Origin: Octopus sinensis
Lineage: Eukaryota
DNA: 64,000 bases
Direction of reading: 5' to 3'
Assembly (NCBI RefSeq): GCF_006345805.1
Contig: NC_042999.1
Coordinates: 149,172,001 to 149,236,000 of the forward strand
How positions within the stretch are numbered: position 1 is the first letter of the stretch; each line of letters starts with the position of its first letter. Shown one piece after another: positions 14,305 through 28,700 of the stretch. Under the pieces are notes generated by a model, which ran no database searches, was not told the DNA's origin, and worked only from the letters and a program-made list of their open reading frames with translations. The translations under genes were made by a program, and so were the position numbers.

Positions 14305-17300
14305 CTGAAATTACAGAATTGGAAAACAAATTAAGTTAATTAATTTAAAATTCATTAGAGATAGATTTTATTTTAAAACATAATGCTGAATCAAAATTGA
14401 GACATAATTTTTGATATAAGAAACATGACAAACCTTTTTAATAATCTTTAGTTAAAAAATCCTTAGAGACCTATTTATATAGTAAACCCCAAATATACCA
14501 ATGGGTGTTCATTAGGCTTCTAGAAAAAGCAGCTAAATTTACCTTGTATCACAAGCAATCAACTTAAAAATGAAGGACTCAAAGACAGTACAATAACAGT
14601 AAAACACCTTTGATTATAGATCTGTTCAAGCATTGCTGACCTAGGGCTGAACAACAACAAAGTTTAAACTCTATAGGGCTTCTGTCCCTTAAAAGTGACC
14701 CTGCATCTGCACATGTACATATGAGTTTGGGCAAGTTGGATTGTGGAAAACTTGCAGTTGTTCATGCATGGAAGTCTTTCTTCTCTACACCACTGATGCG
14801 TATCCAAGGGAAAAGGCTGTCAACTGGGACTGATACAGCTTGGCATCAGTCTTGTTGCAGACACTGCTGTCAAAACACAAACAGGAAAAAACACTGCAAG
14901 CATCTTGCCCGACCTTCTAATAATTCTACCAATCCACCATACCTGATTGGTATTCTTTTATTGACTCTGAAAGGGTGAAAGGCAATGGTGACCTCAGAAG
15001 ATTCTACCAAAATCTCCACCTTCCAAACCTTGGAAGTAAGAATATACACTAAATACTTAACTTCCTCAACTAAGCTGTTGCCGTCACTGCCATTACCACC
15101 ACCACTATCATCATCATCATCATCATTTAATGTCCATCTTCCATGCTGTCATGGCTTGGATGATTTGATGGAATCCAATCATTTTTGACTGTGTCAAACT
15201 TTAGTGTCAGCTTTGGAATGGTTTCTATGGCTGGAAGATGCCCTTCCTAATATCAACAACTTTACAGAGTGTGCTGGGTACTATTTTCATAGCATTGACA
15301 CTAATAAGGTTGCTAAGTAACTTACAAGACAATGTCTTCTTACAATAAAGATGAATCGACGTTTTTATATCAAGTTTGTTTGATGCAGTTAAGATTTTTA
15401 TAAAATAAAATAAAATATTAACTTACGATTCATTACTGCTGTTCAATAGGAGGTATTTTTTAATATTCAGAACCTGCATATGGTTTAAGCCTTCATACTT
15501 CACATCAAGACCTGTGATATCTACAGAGGATATACCATCTTTCATTTCACTTGGAGACACATCATGTAGAAGAACAGCTATATCAGGCATAGACTTTGAT
15601 AGAGTCTTGTTTTCTGTGTTAAGAGTTAAAAAGTTCTCATTTGGTTCAGTCAGTAATGGTTCTGCCGGAACATTTACTGGAGTTGTTTCTTCATCATTTT
15701 CATTGTTTTCATGATCAGGACTCAAATGAGAAGAGCAAGTTGAACTCACTCCGCTTGAACTGCGAATACTGTCTGAACTTACATGTTTGTAGAGATTTTG
15801 TCGATTTTCTTTATGAGTTGAACCTGAGTTCCACGAGAATCTTTTATGAATAGAATTATCAGCATGTTCTTTTCTTTTAAGTTCTTGGATAGAATCAGCA
15901 GTATTGTACCGTTTTTCAGTCTTGCGTTTTCTTTCTGATTTCGATTTTGTCTCTTCTCCAACTGTTTGTGAAAGCCACTCAGAACTAGCACAAGATGGCA
16001 TTGAATGGCTTGTCTTCATTTCTGAGGTTGGTAGCTGAAGAGAAGGACTTGTTTGTGTTTCTGGAGATGGACTTTCGCAGACAATACGTGGGCTTGCCAT
16101 TGTTTGTTCATGAGTGCTGTTCTGAAGCTTATGTTTGGTAAAAGAGAAAGAGTTTGGTCGGCTTTTCTCATGAAACTTTGGGGAAGGAGAAGGATCAGTA
16201 AATTTATCATATTTTCCTTCCTGGAATGAACTTCGGTATTGCAATTGTAGAGTACTTTTAATGTTCCCTGTGATTTGGTATGGCTGATTTTGAACAGAAT
16301 GTTGGTTAGCTTCATTATACAAGTCCTGAAAAAAAGAAAAAAATCATTACTTTGTCACAACAAATTTATTTATTGCAATGATTATAAGACTTGTCACAAG
16401 AAGGACATTGACTAAAAACGAAAATTTAATGCCTACCTAGATGAGGTAGAACAATTAGTAGAGTGACAAGATTTTATCAGTTTTTTTTTTTTTTTTAATA
16501 AGCTGTTTTTCAACCTTTATTGATCAAGTCTCTTTCAGTAACAAGCCAAATCAACCAATTAACTACCTGAAATCTTTGGCAGATGTAAAGAATGTGGACC
16601 ACACCCCCTTTGTTTTTTTTTTTTTTTTTTTAACAGAATCACCCATTTTTGAGTACAGAGATTCTGGTTCTGCAAAAAATAAAAAGGCATTATAATTTTA
16701 ATTCCCCCCCCCCACCCCAAAAAAAAAATTCTTAAATTTTAACTTTCTACAGCAATTTTTTTTTGTGAAATATGTAGATAATCTCTGTATTTTTCTACAT
16801 ATTTTGCCAAAAAAAAATTTTTAATTTTAAAATGCTGTTTTTTTGCAGAACCGGAATCTCCTTACTCGAAAATAGGGGATTCTGTAAAAAAAAAAAAAAC
16901 CCCAACCAAAAGGGGTGCAGCCCACATTCTTTATGTCTGCCAAATCTTTCTCAGAAATATTCAAAGACATGTGATGTTTAATTTGGATTTGTTTTTTATA
17001 AATACCCACTGAGAGGTCACAGCTTCGATACTATGGACATATGATTAGAATATTACAGGACAGAATCACACTTAGATTCTTCAAGCTGAGCCAAATGGCA
17101 GGGGACGTAGGGGTAGATCAATAATAAGATGGCTGGATAATATCTATAGTCTCAGCTGGTCATGCTTGAAAATCCAGCTGGAAAGTGTTATGATGATTGC
17201 TTCTCATAGACTTCTACGAAGGAGGTGCAAGAGGACTCTAACACCATCACTGCCCCAGGAATAGTTGCAGAGATGGATGGAAAATATTCGGCATCTCCTG

Positions 17301-20300
17301 AAATTAATTTTAGCATCCCAGGATGGGAAACACAATTTAAGAGAGTTTGTAAGTGTCAATAAGATCTTATCCTCTCTTTACAGCAACTAAACTGACAGAC
17401 ACCAACAAACTCTGTTGGCTCCTATTACTGTTGCTACTGTTAACATAAATTTTCACTATCACTTTGTTCAGAGTCTTGCTTTTATCCTTTCAAAAAGATA
17501 ACCTTTTGCATTAGTTGAACTAATTTATAATTGACTAAAGCCATTTTTTTAATTAATAACAATAAAAAAAAATTCTGCAGCAAGTGCAAACTTAGAAGTA
17601 CAATGTAAAAATTTTCAACACAAACTCTTAAGGCCAGGTTCAAGACATTTATCAATGGATGGATGAATGAACTGAAATATGCTTTAACCCTGTAGTGTTT
17701 GCAAGCCTTCCTAGATCACTGGTACTGATGTTATTAATGTTCCTTTTGAATCTGTATAAATCAAAATCTAGAAGGTCGACATTCTGAGAAAAGGAGGAGA
17801 GGGCACAGTGATTAATACAGGTCCTGGGGCATTGAACACAACAAGAGTGATGAGTGAAAGATAAGCAGAGGGTGGGAATACCTGAGTGGAGGTAGTTTGA
17901 ACACAGTCAGTTCTGAGGAGCAGAGGTCATTATAGAAGCAATAGAAAAGGCTACTATACATTTGAAGCCCATCTTCTACTACTGACAATGTCACCTAGGT
18001 CACAGAAGCTATCAACAACTTCTAGGGAGTCCTCCAAGCATATAAAAGAATTAATTTCATAGTAGCTTTAATTCTAACTATGCATGTGTATTCTGCCACA
18101 TACAAAGTCTTCTTTTCTGTCAACTTGCCAGTTATCCCATTCTATGTCTTGTGCATGTGTAGTTTACATTGAGTACACCGTATTGAACTCTTACCTACCT
18201 GGCCTGATTATCTACAACTGAATAATAAAAAACATCAATGTAAAAATAATGACTTGAGGAAAGAAGGACTTAGCTTCGTCCACAGACTGAGAAACTCCTT
18301 TACCTTTGCTTTATAAATATGTGCGATGAAGTTTTTTATAGAAGCAGAATCAGCATGGAGGATGAACGCCATTATAGGAACAATATAATCGTTTGTTTGT
18401 ATCACCAATATGGATCCTGAAATTCAAAGAAGAAAACTGAGTTAATTGGATGAATGAGAAACAAGTTAATATGATGCCATGTTTAAATGAAGCATGTCTA
18501 ATCTGATTGGAAATGAGGAAATGTCTATCTAAAGATAGTGAGTGGAGAGATGATACCAGGAGAGAAACCATATACACAGGATGCCTGCTTTTATCAATTA
18601 TATTATGTAACCAGAAGCAAAGAAGGAAAGGTCTTCCTTCCTTTCGTTTGTTATTTGCTGAAACACCTACTCATCACATAAATGGTTCAGTTTTACTTAG
18701 CACTGCCAGAACTTGCTGCTAATGATGATGATGATGATGACAATGATAATTATGATGATAGTGCTGAAATAGGGAGCTATAAGAGAAGGAACGGTTGGTG
18801 TTGATTGCTTAACTGGGGACCAATCCTAAAACTGCTGGAAGATGTGTAACACTATAACAGAATTCTCTATATTAATTGGTAATCTCCAAATGGATATCTG
18901 CTTTCATTCTTGGAAATTAGGAAATTAGCAACTTAAAGGAACAAGATAACAGATACACTTAGATACCAAAATGAGTCACAGAAGAAAACCATGGAGGTGG
19001 TAACAGTGGTGATGATGAGGAGTAAGCAACTTGAATGAATGAACCTTTATAGAAAATATATTCTCTGTCGATCTACTCAGTGGTAGTGGTGGTGGGGATA
19101 CAAATGTATAGTAGCCTTTTCTACTGCTACTCTAATGAACTCTGCTCTCTATATCTTGGACCCATGTCACAAGCTACTCAGGTATCATCATCCCATTTGC
19201 CTATTCTTGTCTCATTATTCTTGTGTTCAACATTACAAGCTTTGCACTAATTACAATAATGTTGACAGGGAAATATAACATTCAGTAAAGAGAGACAATG
19301 ATTGATTCTACTTTTTTAAAGCTCTACATATTCTGGAATTTCCTTTTGAATATGTTCCATATTTCTGACACACAGCATTCTATACTTAGTTGAAGATTTG
19401 GAGAAAAAATTCCAGTTAAGGAAGCCAAAATTAGAATCAAGAGATTTCAAAATAAACCTAATAGAGATATGAGTTTACACAATCATCATCATCGCTGCTG
19501 CCACTGTGTAGGGGTTCCTTGAGACGTAATTTATTTTAAGGGTTATGCAAGGGTAAAAAGATGACAAACAAATGCTGGTTTAGATTGAAGGTTTCACCAA
19601 GACTTTCATAATTAATGAGTTATACACTTGGTATTATTAATGCCATTGACTATTTGAATGTTATACATTTCAAGGCAATACATTATAAAATTCTTTTTTT
19701 TTTTTTTGCTTTGTTGATATGTTAGCTAAGAGTGGAGGGACAGTGCCCATGACCTCTGCAGACCCTCTTCTCAGTCTGGTTATATTCATACATAATGAGG
19801 CAACAATTTATTTTAATTATATGACACTGATTTCAGCCTAGCTCTTGTGGCTAGTGTGATGAATGCCTTTGTGTTTTATACATATAATTAAAAAAAAAAA
19901 TCCGGAATCCTTTCAGAGACCACAAATTAAAGGAAAGAGAACAAACAGTTGATGGATTGAGACATTTACACAGAACAATGTTTTTTTTTTTAATGTAGTT
20001 CTGCACTCAGAAAAGTGAAATCGTAGCTGACAATTAAAACTGGTTCCACAACCTTAAACAACAACTGACATATGAAAGGACTGTACTAACGATAATAAAT
20101 AATTGATTTTGATTATTTCTTAAGTACAAAACCAAAAATGCAAGAGGAAGGCATTTCAAGATTGTGTAACATTTAGGCCTTTCTCAATCAAAAGCATTAG
20201 TGATATCAACATAATGAATTTGCTTTAACAATGAACTGAAACTGGCTCTCAATCAGCTAGAAATAGCAGTCAAATCTCCACCAAATCACACCCTATTGTT

Positions 20301-20329
20301 TTGAAATGGAAGGAAATGTTGGATAATGT

Positions 20330-20370
<41 letters not shown>

Positions 20371-22582
20371 GCAATAGTTACAGCTGGAATGTCTTTGATG
20401 TCAGGTCTCCATGTTCAAGGTTGACCTAGGGCTAAGCAACAACAATAGCTAAAATATTCTTTTCTACTCTAGGCACAAGGCCTGAAATTTCTAGGGAGGA
20501 GGCCAGTTGATTAGATCAACCCTAGTACACAACTAGTATTTAATTTATTGACCCTGAAACGATGAAAGGCAAAGTCGACCTCGGCTGAATTTGAACTCAG
20601 AACGTAAAGACAAACGAAATACAGCTAAGCATTTCGCCTGGTGTGCTAATGGTTCTGCCAGCTTGCAGCCTTTACAATAACTAAAATACCAAGAGCAATG
20701 TCAATATACTGAATCTGATGATACAACACAAATAAGGGGCATCATTTGTCCCAAAACGAAATGTCGTTAAAAAATAAAAAAACACCCCAGGACCTATATG
20801 CAAAGTTGGGCCTCCCATAAGCTTTAATACATTAAAAACATTTTTCCAGAATATGCACACTGCTGAAATTGGGGTGTATCTATTATACCTGTTTATCTTT
20901 CATACTGTCAAATATGGTAATCATACATTTCACAGATGGAAAAATTCAAGAGGAATTTTTCACTAGATTTCAATAATTAATCATCATCATCATCGTTTAA
21001 CGTCCGCTTTCCATGCTAGAATAGGTTGGACTATTTGAATGAGGACTAGCGAACCAGATGGCTGCACCAGGCTCCAAATTTGATCTGGCAGAGTTTCTAC
21101 AGCTCGATGCCCTTCCTAAAGCCAACCAGTCCAAGAGTGTAGTGGGTGCTTTTACGTGCCACTGGCATGAGGGACAGTCAGGCGGTACTGGCATTGGCCA
21201 CACTCAAATGGTGTTTTTATGTGCCACCTGCACAGGAGCCGGTCCAGTGGCACTGGCAATGACCTCGCTCAAATGTCTTTTCATGTGCCAGTAAGGCAAT
21301 GCTGGTAACGATCATGCTCGAATGTGCCTTTTATGTGCCACCGGCACGGAAGCCAGTTAACCGCTCTGGCAATGAACATGCTCGGATGGTGCTCTTAGCG
21401 CTCTACTAGCACAGATGCCAGTCATCAAATTTGAATTTGATTTCACTTGCCTCAATAGGTCTTCGCAAGCAGAGTTTAGTGTCTAATGAAGGAAAGGTAT
21501 GCATAAGTGGGCTGGTTACACCCCTGGCACAGGCCGAAAGTGTAAAAATAATAATCTCACAAATGTTGATCACAAGATAAAACAAAACAAAACAAAAAGA
21601 AGCTATTTGAAAAATCCAATAAAAAAGGGGGCATTAAGAAGAAAAAAATAATGAAAATGCAAATTTACCTTTGTCTTTGAGTTCTTCAAGACTAATTTGA
21701 TCAACTCTAATTGGTGGTTTCAATACTTTCAGACGATCATTAAATTTTTTCAATTTGCATATAAGCAGGAGGTCAGTGAAAAGATAGCATTCGACATCTT
21801 GCTACAGGGAGAACAAAACAAAAAGCTTTAGTATAACAATTCCTGTCCCACACCATTTTTTTCTGTTTTAACGACAACCCCATTTCATGTCTCAAAAGTT
21901 ATACAACACTACCACTTAATAACCAGTGTTGGGTTTGTTTACATCCCCATAACTTAGTGGTTCAGCAAGAGTTTGATAGAATAAATACTAGACTTTAAAA
22001 AAAGCAAACAAACAAAAAAATGTAAGTAGTGGGGGTAATTTGTTTGATTAAGACCCTTCAAAGTGGTGGTGCCACAGCATGGCCACAGACCAATGACTGA
22101 AACAAGTAAAAGATGAAGACACAAAACTTTGGAAGAAATGGGAAATTGTGAAATGACTCCAGTGGGGATTGAAACCACACTGTGTGTAGAGTAAGATTAC
22201 TGGAGACTTAGTTCTTGCTGCATGGTATTCACCACCACGACCACAACAAATAATAATAATAATAATAGTAGTAATGTGAAGATAGCGCCAATTTTTGTCA
22301 GGTCCTTGAGGATAGTAATAGGAAGCATCAAGAAATGGTAATAATAATAATTTCTACTATAGGCACAAGGCCTGAAATTTTGGGGGAAGGGATTAGTTGA
22401 TTACATCGACCCCAGTGTTTCATTTTGGGGGAAGGGATTAGTTTGATTATATCGACCCCAGCTCAAAAGTTGAAAATATTCAGGCACTGGATGAATGTGT
22501 AATAATGCTGAAGACGATTTCAAATTTTGGCACAGGGCCAGCAAGTTTGGGGAAGTGGGGTAAGTTGATTATTAATATTATT

Positions 22583-22626
<44 letters not shown>

Positions 22627-23617
22627 GAGCATCACAACAAATCACAGCACATACCCAAGGCACACAAAGCTGCGCTCGGTAGTGAAGTGAAAGCACGCTA
22701 TAAAAATAAAACTACTGAATAATAATAATAATAATAATTATTATTATTATTAAAAAAAAATGTCCTAATGCAATACCAGTCAGTGGTTATCATGGCTTCC
22801 CATCTTAACTGATTGGAAGTGTTATCAGGTACATTGTTTTGTCTTGGTATAAAACATGGGCTATGCAAATATTTTGCTCAATACCACAGATTTGCTTGTC
22901 AGTTGTTTGACCGTAACCAGTCGAGCATATTCCTTATGAGATTGCCAGATAACTTGAAAGGCATTAAAGAAAAGGGGAAAAGGTAAAAAAAAAAAAACAA
23001 CCCTTTAATTGTAACCATACAAAAGCTGAAAGTAGACAACCCTGTACAGGGTGCTTTTTTCTTTTAACAGAGTAAGACTATAGTAGAAAGGGAGGCAGTT
23101 TTATGTTCAGGTAAGAGGGATTAAAGTAAGAGAGAAAAAGCCAACAATTGAAAAGACAAAATTAACTGTAACAATGCGATAACAATTTATAAAATAAGCA
23201 AAATTTTACCCGGACTGTAGAATCTTTAAACTTCATGCTACAATGGTGCAGCAAATAGCGGCTTTGTTTGGCAAGGCAATTTGGCATTTGTGATGTAAGT
23301 TTAAATTTTTGATTGTAATTATTCAGAAGCTGAAAATAAACAATCAGATAGAATTTATATAGATATCATTTAATCATCATCGTTTTAACACCTACTTTTC
23401 CATGCTTGCATGGGTCAGATAGAGTTTACTAAGGAAGATTTTCTACAGTTGGATGCTCTTCCCGTCACCAACCCTCACTGGTTTCCAATTAAAGTAATAT
23501 TTCTTCATGGCCAGTATTAGCTTTGCAAAATACTGCAATTGAATAACACAGTTTGTATGACAGTGACACTAATTTATAACTGTCACACTAAGTCAAGACA
23601 AAGGGATACAAACACGT

Positions 23618-23655
<38 letters not shown>

Positions 23656-25652
23656 TTACAAAAATATATTATATATATATATATATATTTACAAAAAAAA
23701 CAAAAGACAAAGACAGGTGCGTAAACAACAAACAGGTATATTAGTTTAATGCTTGGGAAGGTGAGAAAATCTTTTACGTTTTGAGCCTATGCTCTTCAAC
23801 AGAAAGGAACACGAAAAAATAAACAGATAGAGAATAAAAAAAGCTAGCGGTCAATCATCGCGATGGCCAGACAGAGGTGGTCAGACAAGAAAGCTAGGAA
23901 GAAGGGAAGATAAAGTAGTGGTGATCCCAAAACGGAGGTGCGCATGCGTGTATGTGAGAGCGTGTGTGTGTGTGTGTGCATGTGGATATATATATATATG
24001 TATTAATGTTTGTTTTAATATTCGTATATAATAAAAACAATTTTACATTAATCAGGTGAATTACTCTATACTTTTGTAGAGTACAAATTTATTGTTCCTA
24101 AACAAGAATGTTGACAGTGATTTTGAAGTTTTGGCCAGCTAAGCCATAGCTGGAATGTGATGCATTAGAGTCAGACTTGTCTTTATATAGTATTATCATA
24201 AGAGATTTGTTGAGTTAAAAAATCATCTTTGGGTGTGTGGGTTTGAGTGGGGTGGGAATTGAATTTTTATGGCTGGTTGATATGGAAAGGAGTTTTGGAA
24301 AAATTTGAATTGATTAAATTTGGGGGTGATGTTCATCATCATTGTTTAACATCCACTTTCCATGCTAGCAAGGATTGGACGGGTTGACTGAGAACTGGCC
24401 AGCCAGGGGCTGCACCAGGCTCCAATCTGATCTGGCAAGGTTTCTAAAGCTGGATGCCCTTCCTAACACCAGCACCACCGAGAGTGTAGTGGGTGCTTTT
24501 TATGTGCTACCATCATGGGAGCCTGTCAGGGGGCACTGGCACGGACGACGTTTGGATGGTGCTTTTTATGTGCCACCAGCACAGGAGCCAGTCAGTGGGC
24601 ACTGGCATCGGCCATGTACACATGGTGCTTTTTATGTGCCATTGGCATGGAAACCAGTCAGGAGGCACTGGCATCGACCATGTCTGCATGGTGCTTTTAA
24701 TGTACCACCAGCACGGGGAGCCAGTCAGGCAGCACTAACATAGACCTATGGCACTGATATTGTTTAGAATTTATTCATGCATGTAGAACTAAGTAAACAA
24801 GCCTGTAGGTGTTTCTCTTTTGTGAGGTAGGTACAAGGTGTGACAGAATTTTTGTTGCTTTTGGTATCATTGGATTGAATCCTTTTGCTCTGACAACATA
24901 AAGGTCAAACGTATAAAGTCCAGTATATAGGCTCTTAGCAATTGTATGTGTCAACATTATTTTACAAAAGTAGGTGGTGGGTTTAAGCTGGTCAATTCTT
25001 CACTTGCTGCAGTTACTATTTAGGGTATTTCTCGTTTTCATTTGTAAAATTTGGGGTTATTAGTCAGGTATGTCATGGATTTGTTAGTATAGGAAGTTGT
25101 TTCTCTTGTGCCTTGATGTTCACAAAAGTATTTGAGTAAAGGTTGTATGTTTATATGTTTCTCTCTAGATGTTCATTGTTCTATAAACAGTATGATTAGT
25201 ATACAGGGATGTTAACCTGGCTGTTTTGTGGAAGTAGAGTCTGGTGTTTGCTTACAAAATTTTTTCAAATTCTGTTCTAGATATATGCTCTTGGCAGAGA
25301 TAAGCAACATTGTGGGTCTTTACATATTAAGAAAAATTACATAACAAATTTCCATCTCCTTGCTGCTAAGCTTCACTTGTTTCCAAGCAAAGTGGCTATG
25401 CTCCCCTAGTCCTGACATTTTTTCATGGAACTTGCAAACAAATGACACTCTTTTACTCGTTTCAGTCATTTGACTGTGGCCATGCTGGAGCACCACCTTT
25501 AGTCGAGCAGATCGACCCCAGGACTTATTCTTTGGAAGCCTAGTACTTATTCTATCGGTCTCTTTTGCCGAACTGCTAAGTTACGGAGATGTAAACACAC
25601 CAGCATCGGTTGTCAAGCGATGTTGGGGGGACAAACACAGACACAAACATAT

Positions 25653-25704
<52 letters not shown>

Positions 25705-28700
25705 GACGGGCTTCTTTCAGTTTCTGTCTACCAAATCCACTCACAAGGCTTTGGTCGGCCTGAGGCTATAGTAGAAGACCCTTGCCCAAGGTGCCACACA
25801 GTGGGACTGAACCTGGAACCAAGTGGTTTGTAAGCAAGCTACTTACCACACAGCCACTCCTACACTGTTTATATGGCAGTGATAGTTGTTTAGAATTAGT
25901 TCACAATGCCAAGACAAGAAGGGAAACAGACAGAAGGCAGAAAGATACAAACACATACGCGACTGATTTTTTTCTATTTGTCTACTAAATCTTCTCACAG
26001 AACTTTGGTCAGCCCTGGGGCTAAAGTACAATATATTTTCCCATGATACTGTGCAATGGGACTCAATCAAAACAATGTCACTGCAAAGTTCTTAACCAGA
26101 CAACCATGATTAAAAAAAGCAATAAAATAAAAATCCTGTTAAATTACCTTAACACATTCTTCATTGGGAGCTTCACAACCTTCATAAGAGTCAATCCGAG
26201 AAGCAATTTCATTTAACTTATCACTTTCTCGTTTTTCACCAACAATGAGATTCACATCACTGACAAATTTCTCCACTGTCTGGATCTAGTAATGAAAGTA
26301 AAATGTTTATAACAAATAATTATACTATATTAAGGTGGCGAGCTGGTAGAAGTGAAATGCTTTGCAGTATTTTGTCTGTCTTTACGTTGTGAGTTCAAAT
26401 TCCACCAAGATCGCTTTGCCTTTCTTCTTTTCAGGGTTGATTAAATAAATACCAGAATAATGGATGAAAGGCAAAGTCAACCTCGGCAGAATTTGAACTC
26501 AGAACATAACGGCAGACGAAATACCTATTTCTTTACTACCCACAAGGGTCTAAACACAGAGGGGACAAACAAGGACAGACAAACGGATTAAGTCGATTAT
26601 ATCGATCCCAGTGCGTAACTGGTACTTAATTTATCAACCCTGAAAGGATGAAAGGCAAAGTCGACCTCGGCGGAATTTGAACTCGGAACATAACGGCAGA
26701 CGAAATACCACTAAGCATTTCACTCGGCATGCTAACAATTCTGCCAGTTTGCCACCATATAATACATATAGTGAATGTGCATGGGTTAGTGGTTATGGTG
26801 CTTGGCTCATCATCATGAAGTTTGGAGTTCGATTTCTGGCAATGCATTGTGTCCTTAGACAAGACATTTTATTTCATGTTGCTCAAGTCCATGCAGTTGG
26901 CAAAAATACATAGTACTTGTAATTCAAAGGAGCAGCCTTGTCGCATTCTGTGTCACACTGAATCTTCTTGAGAACTACACTAAGGGTATGCATGTCTGTG
27001 GAGTGCTCAGCCACTTGCATGTTAAGTTTGTGAGAAGGCTGTTCTGTTGATCAAATCAACTGGAAACTTCATCATCATAACTAACAGACTCCCAGTGTGT
27101 GTGTATGTATGTATATATATTTTTATGGTATATTTTTTTCTTGTAGCATATCTATAGGAATAATATATGCTAGTGGTTCCCAATGGTAGTACTAGGGGTC
27201 TGTGATCATGTTAAGCTAACAGACCTTTCAATATCCAGGGGTCTATGGGACAACTCATTTAAATAAAAGGAGTCCTTAGTAGTGAAAAGGCTGGGAATCA
27301 TTGATATATACCATTTGCTACCAGTGGTATAACAAGAATTCTCAGCACCCAGAGTAGGTGGGTCAGAAGTTCAAAGATACTATGAACACATTTCCACAAG
27401 CATTAATTAACAGGTATGATAAGCCAAAGAAAATTTTTCACCCCTTTGCACCTGCATCAAGGAAGTGGGGGAAACGACTCTACTCTTGCAATGCTTCTGT
27501 TTGCTAATATATTACATACTTTGATACACAATACAATACCAAGTAGCATATACCATCAATCATTTATGACTTGTTCATTGATATTGCATACCCTTATCTA
27601 TATTAAAATGGGGTGTCAGTGACAAGGAGGTAAATTTATAACAAAAGGCCTCAACATTTTATACAATAAAGTATAAGGAAAAGAGTGCGATAAAATACAA
27701 AAGTGTATGTGTGTGTGTGTTAGATGGTTAAAATGTCTACCACAATAAAATGTCTTAGTTTCAATATATGAACTCAAATCAAAATTCTTGCCAAGTACAA
27801 TATTTGAACTTTTAGCAGTGTATTACGGTATATTATGTACTGGACACATCAGTTTGGTCATGTAATGTTCTTAATTAGGCATTACAACAATAATGGTTTT
27901 CTTTCACCAAGTACTAAAAAAAAAAAAAATGGCTCTATATAACCGTTCAAAATACTAGAAATAGCAGCTAAATCTCTCTCAAACCACATCCTACTGTTTT
28001 AAATATGGAAAACATTTCTGATAATGTTGTCCCAGGTACTCCTAAAAAGACTGGATGGTTACAGCTGGAATAACTTATGATTTTCTCAAGACCATCTTGG
28101 GCTAAAACTATCAACAAGAAGATAGTCTCAAAGAGATTGTTTAACCTGCTAGAAATAGTAGTCAAGTCTTCCTCAATTCACATCTACTACCTTAAAATCA
28201 GAACACATAGGAGAATATGGTCCTGGAAAGCTATTGATCTTAGTTTTGATTGATCAAAATTGATCTGAGGTTAAATAATAAAGCAACACCTAAACCTTTT
28301 AGAGGTTTGGATATTTTACATCATGATGTCTTTGCTCTTTGAAATAATATGGTAGCAAAAGAGTTAAGAATCATACATATGATAGAAGTTGGCTTGACAA
28401 CAGTAGGACCAATTCTTAATGACCTCTTATGACTTAAGAGAAATACACTATAGGTTTATTTTTATAGCCATTGGTAGAGCCTGGGCAAGAACATAACTCT
28501 GTTTGTTTCAGGCCACTTGAAACCTAAAACTGGGTTCACAGTAGAGTGCTTAACCCTTTTGCATTTAAACTGGCCAAAATATCCTATCTGTTTTATGTTC
28601 AAATTGGTCAGATCCAGGCTCTCTTACCTGCCCTGCAATGTTATTGTAAAAATAAATAATCACATCAACGATGTGAATAACTAAGCATTACATTTGGTAG

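Noticed and set aside
24490-24740. Repeat array superficially like CRISPR
   Set aside because: Units are contiguous with no unique spacers, inside a eukaryotic retroelement, with no cas genes
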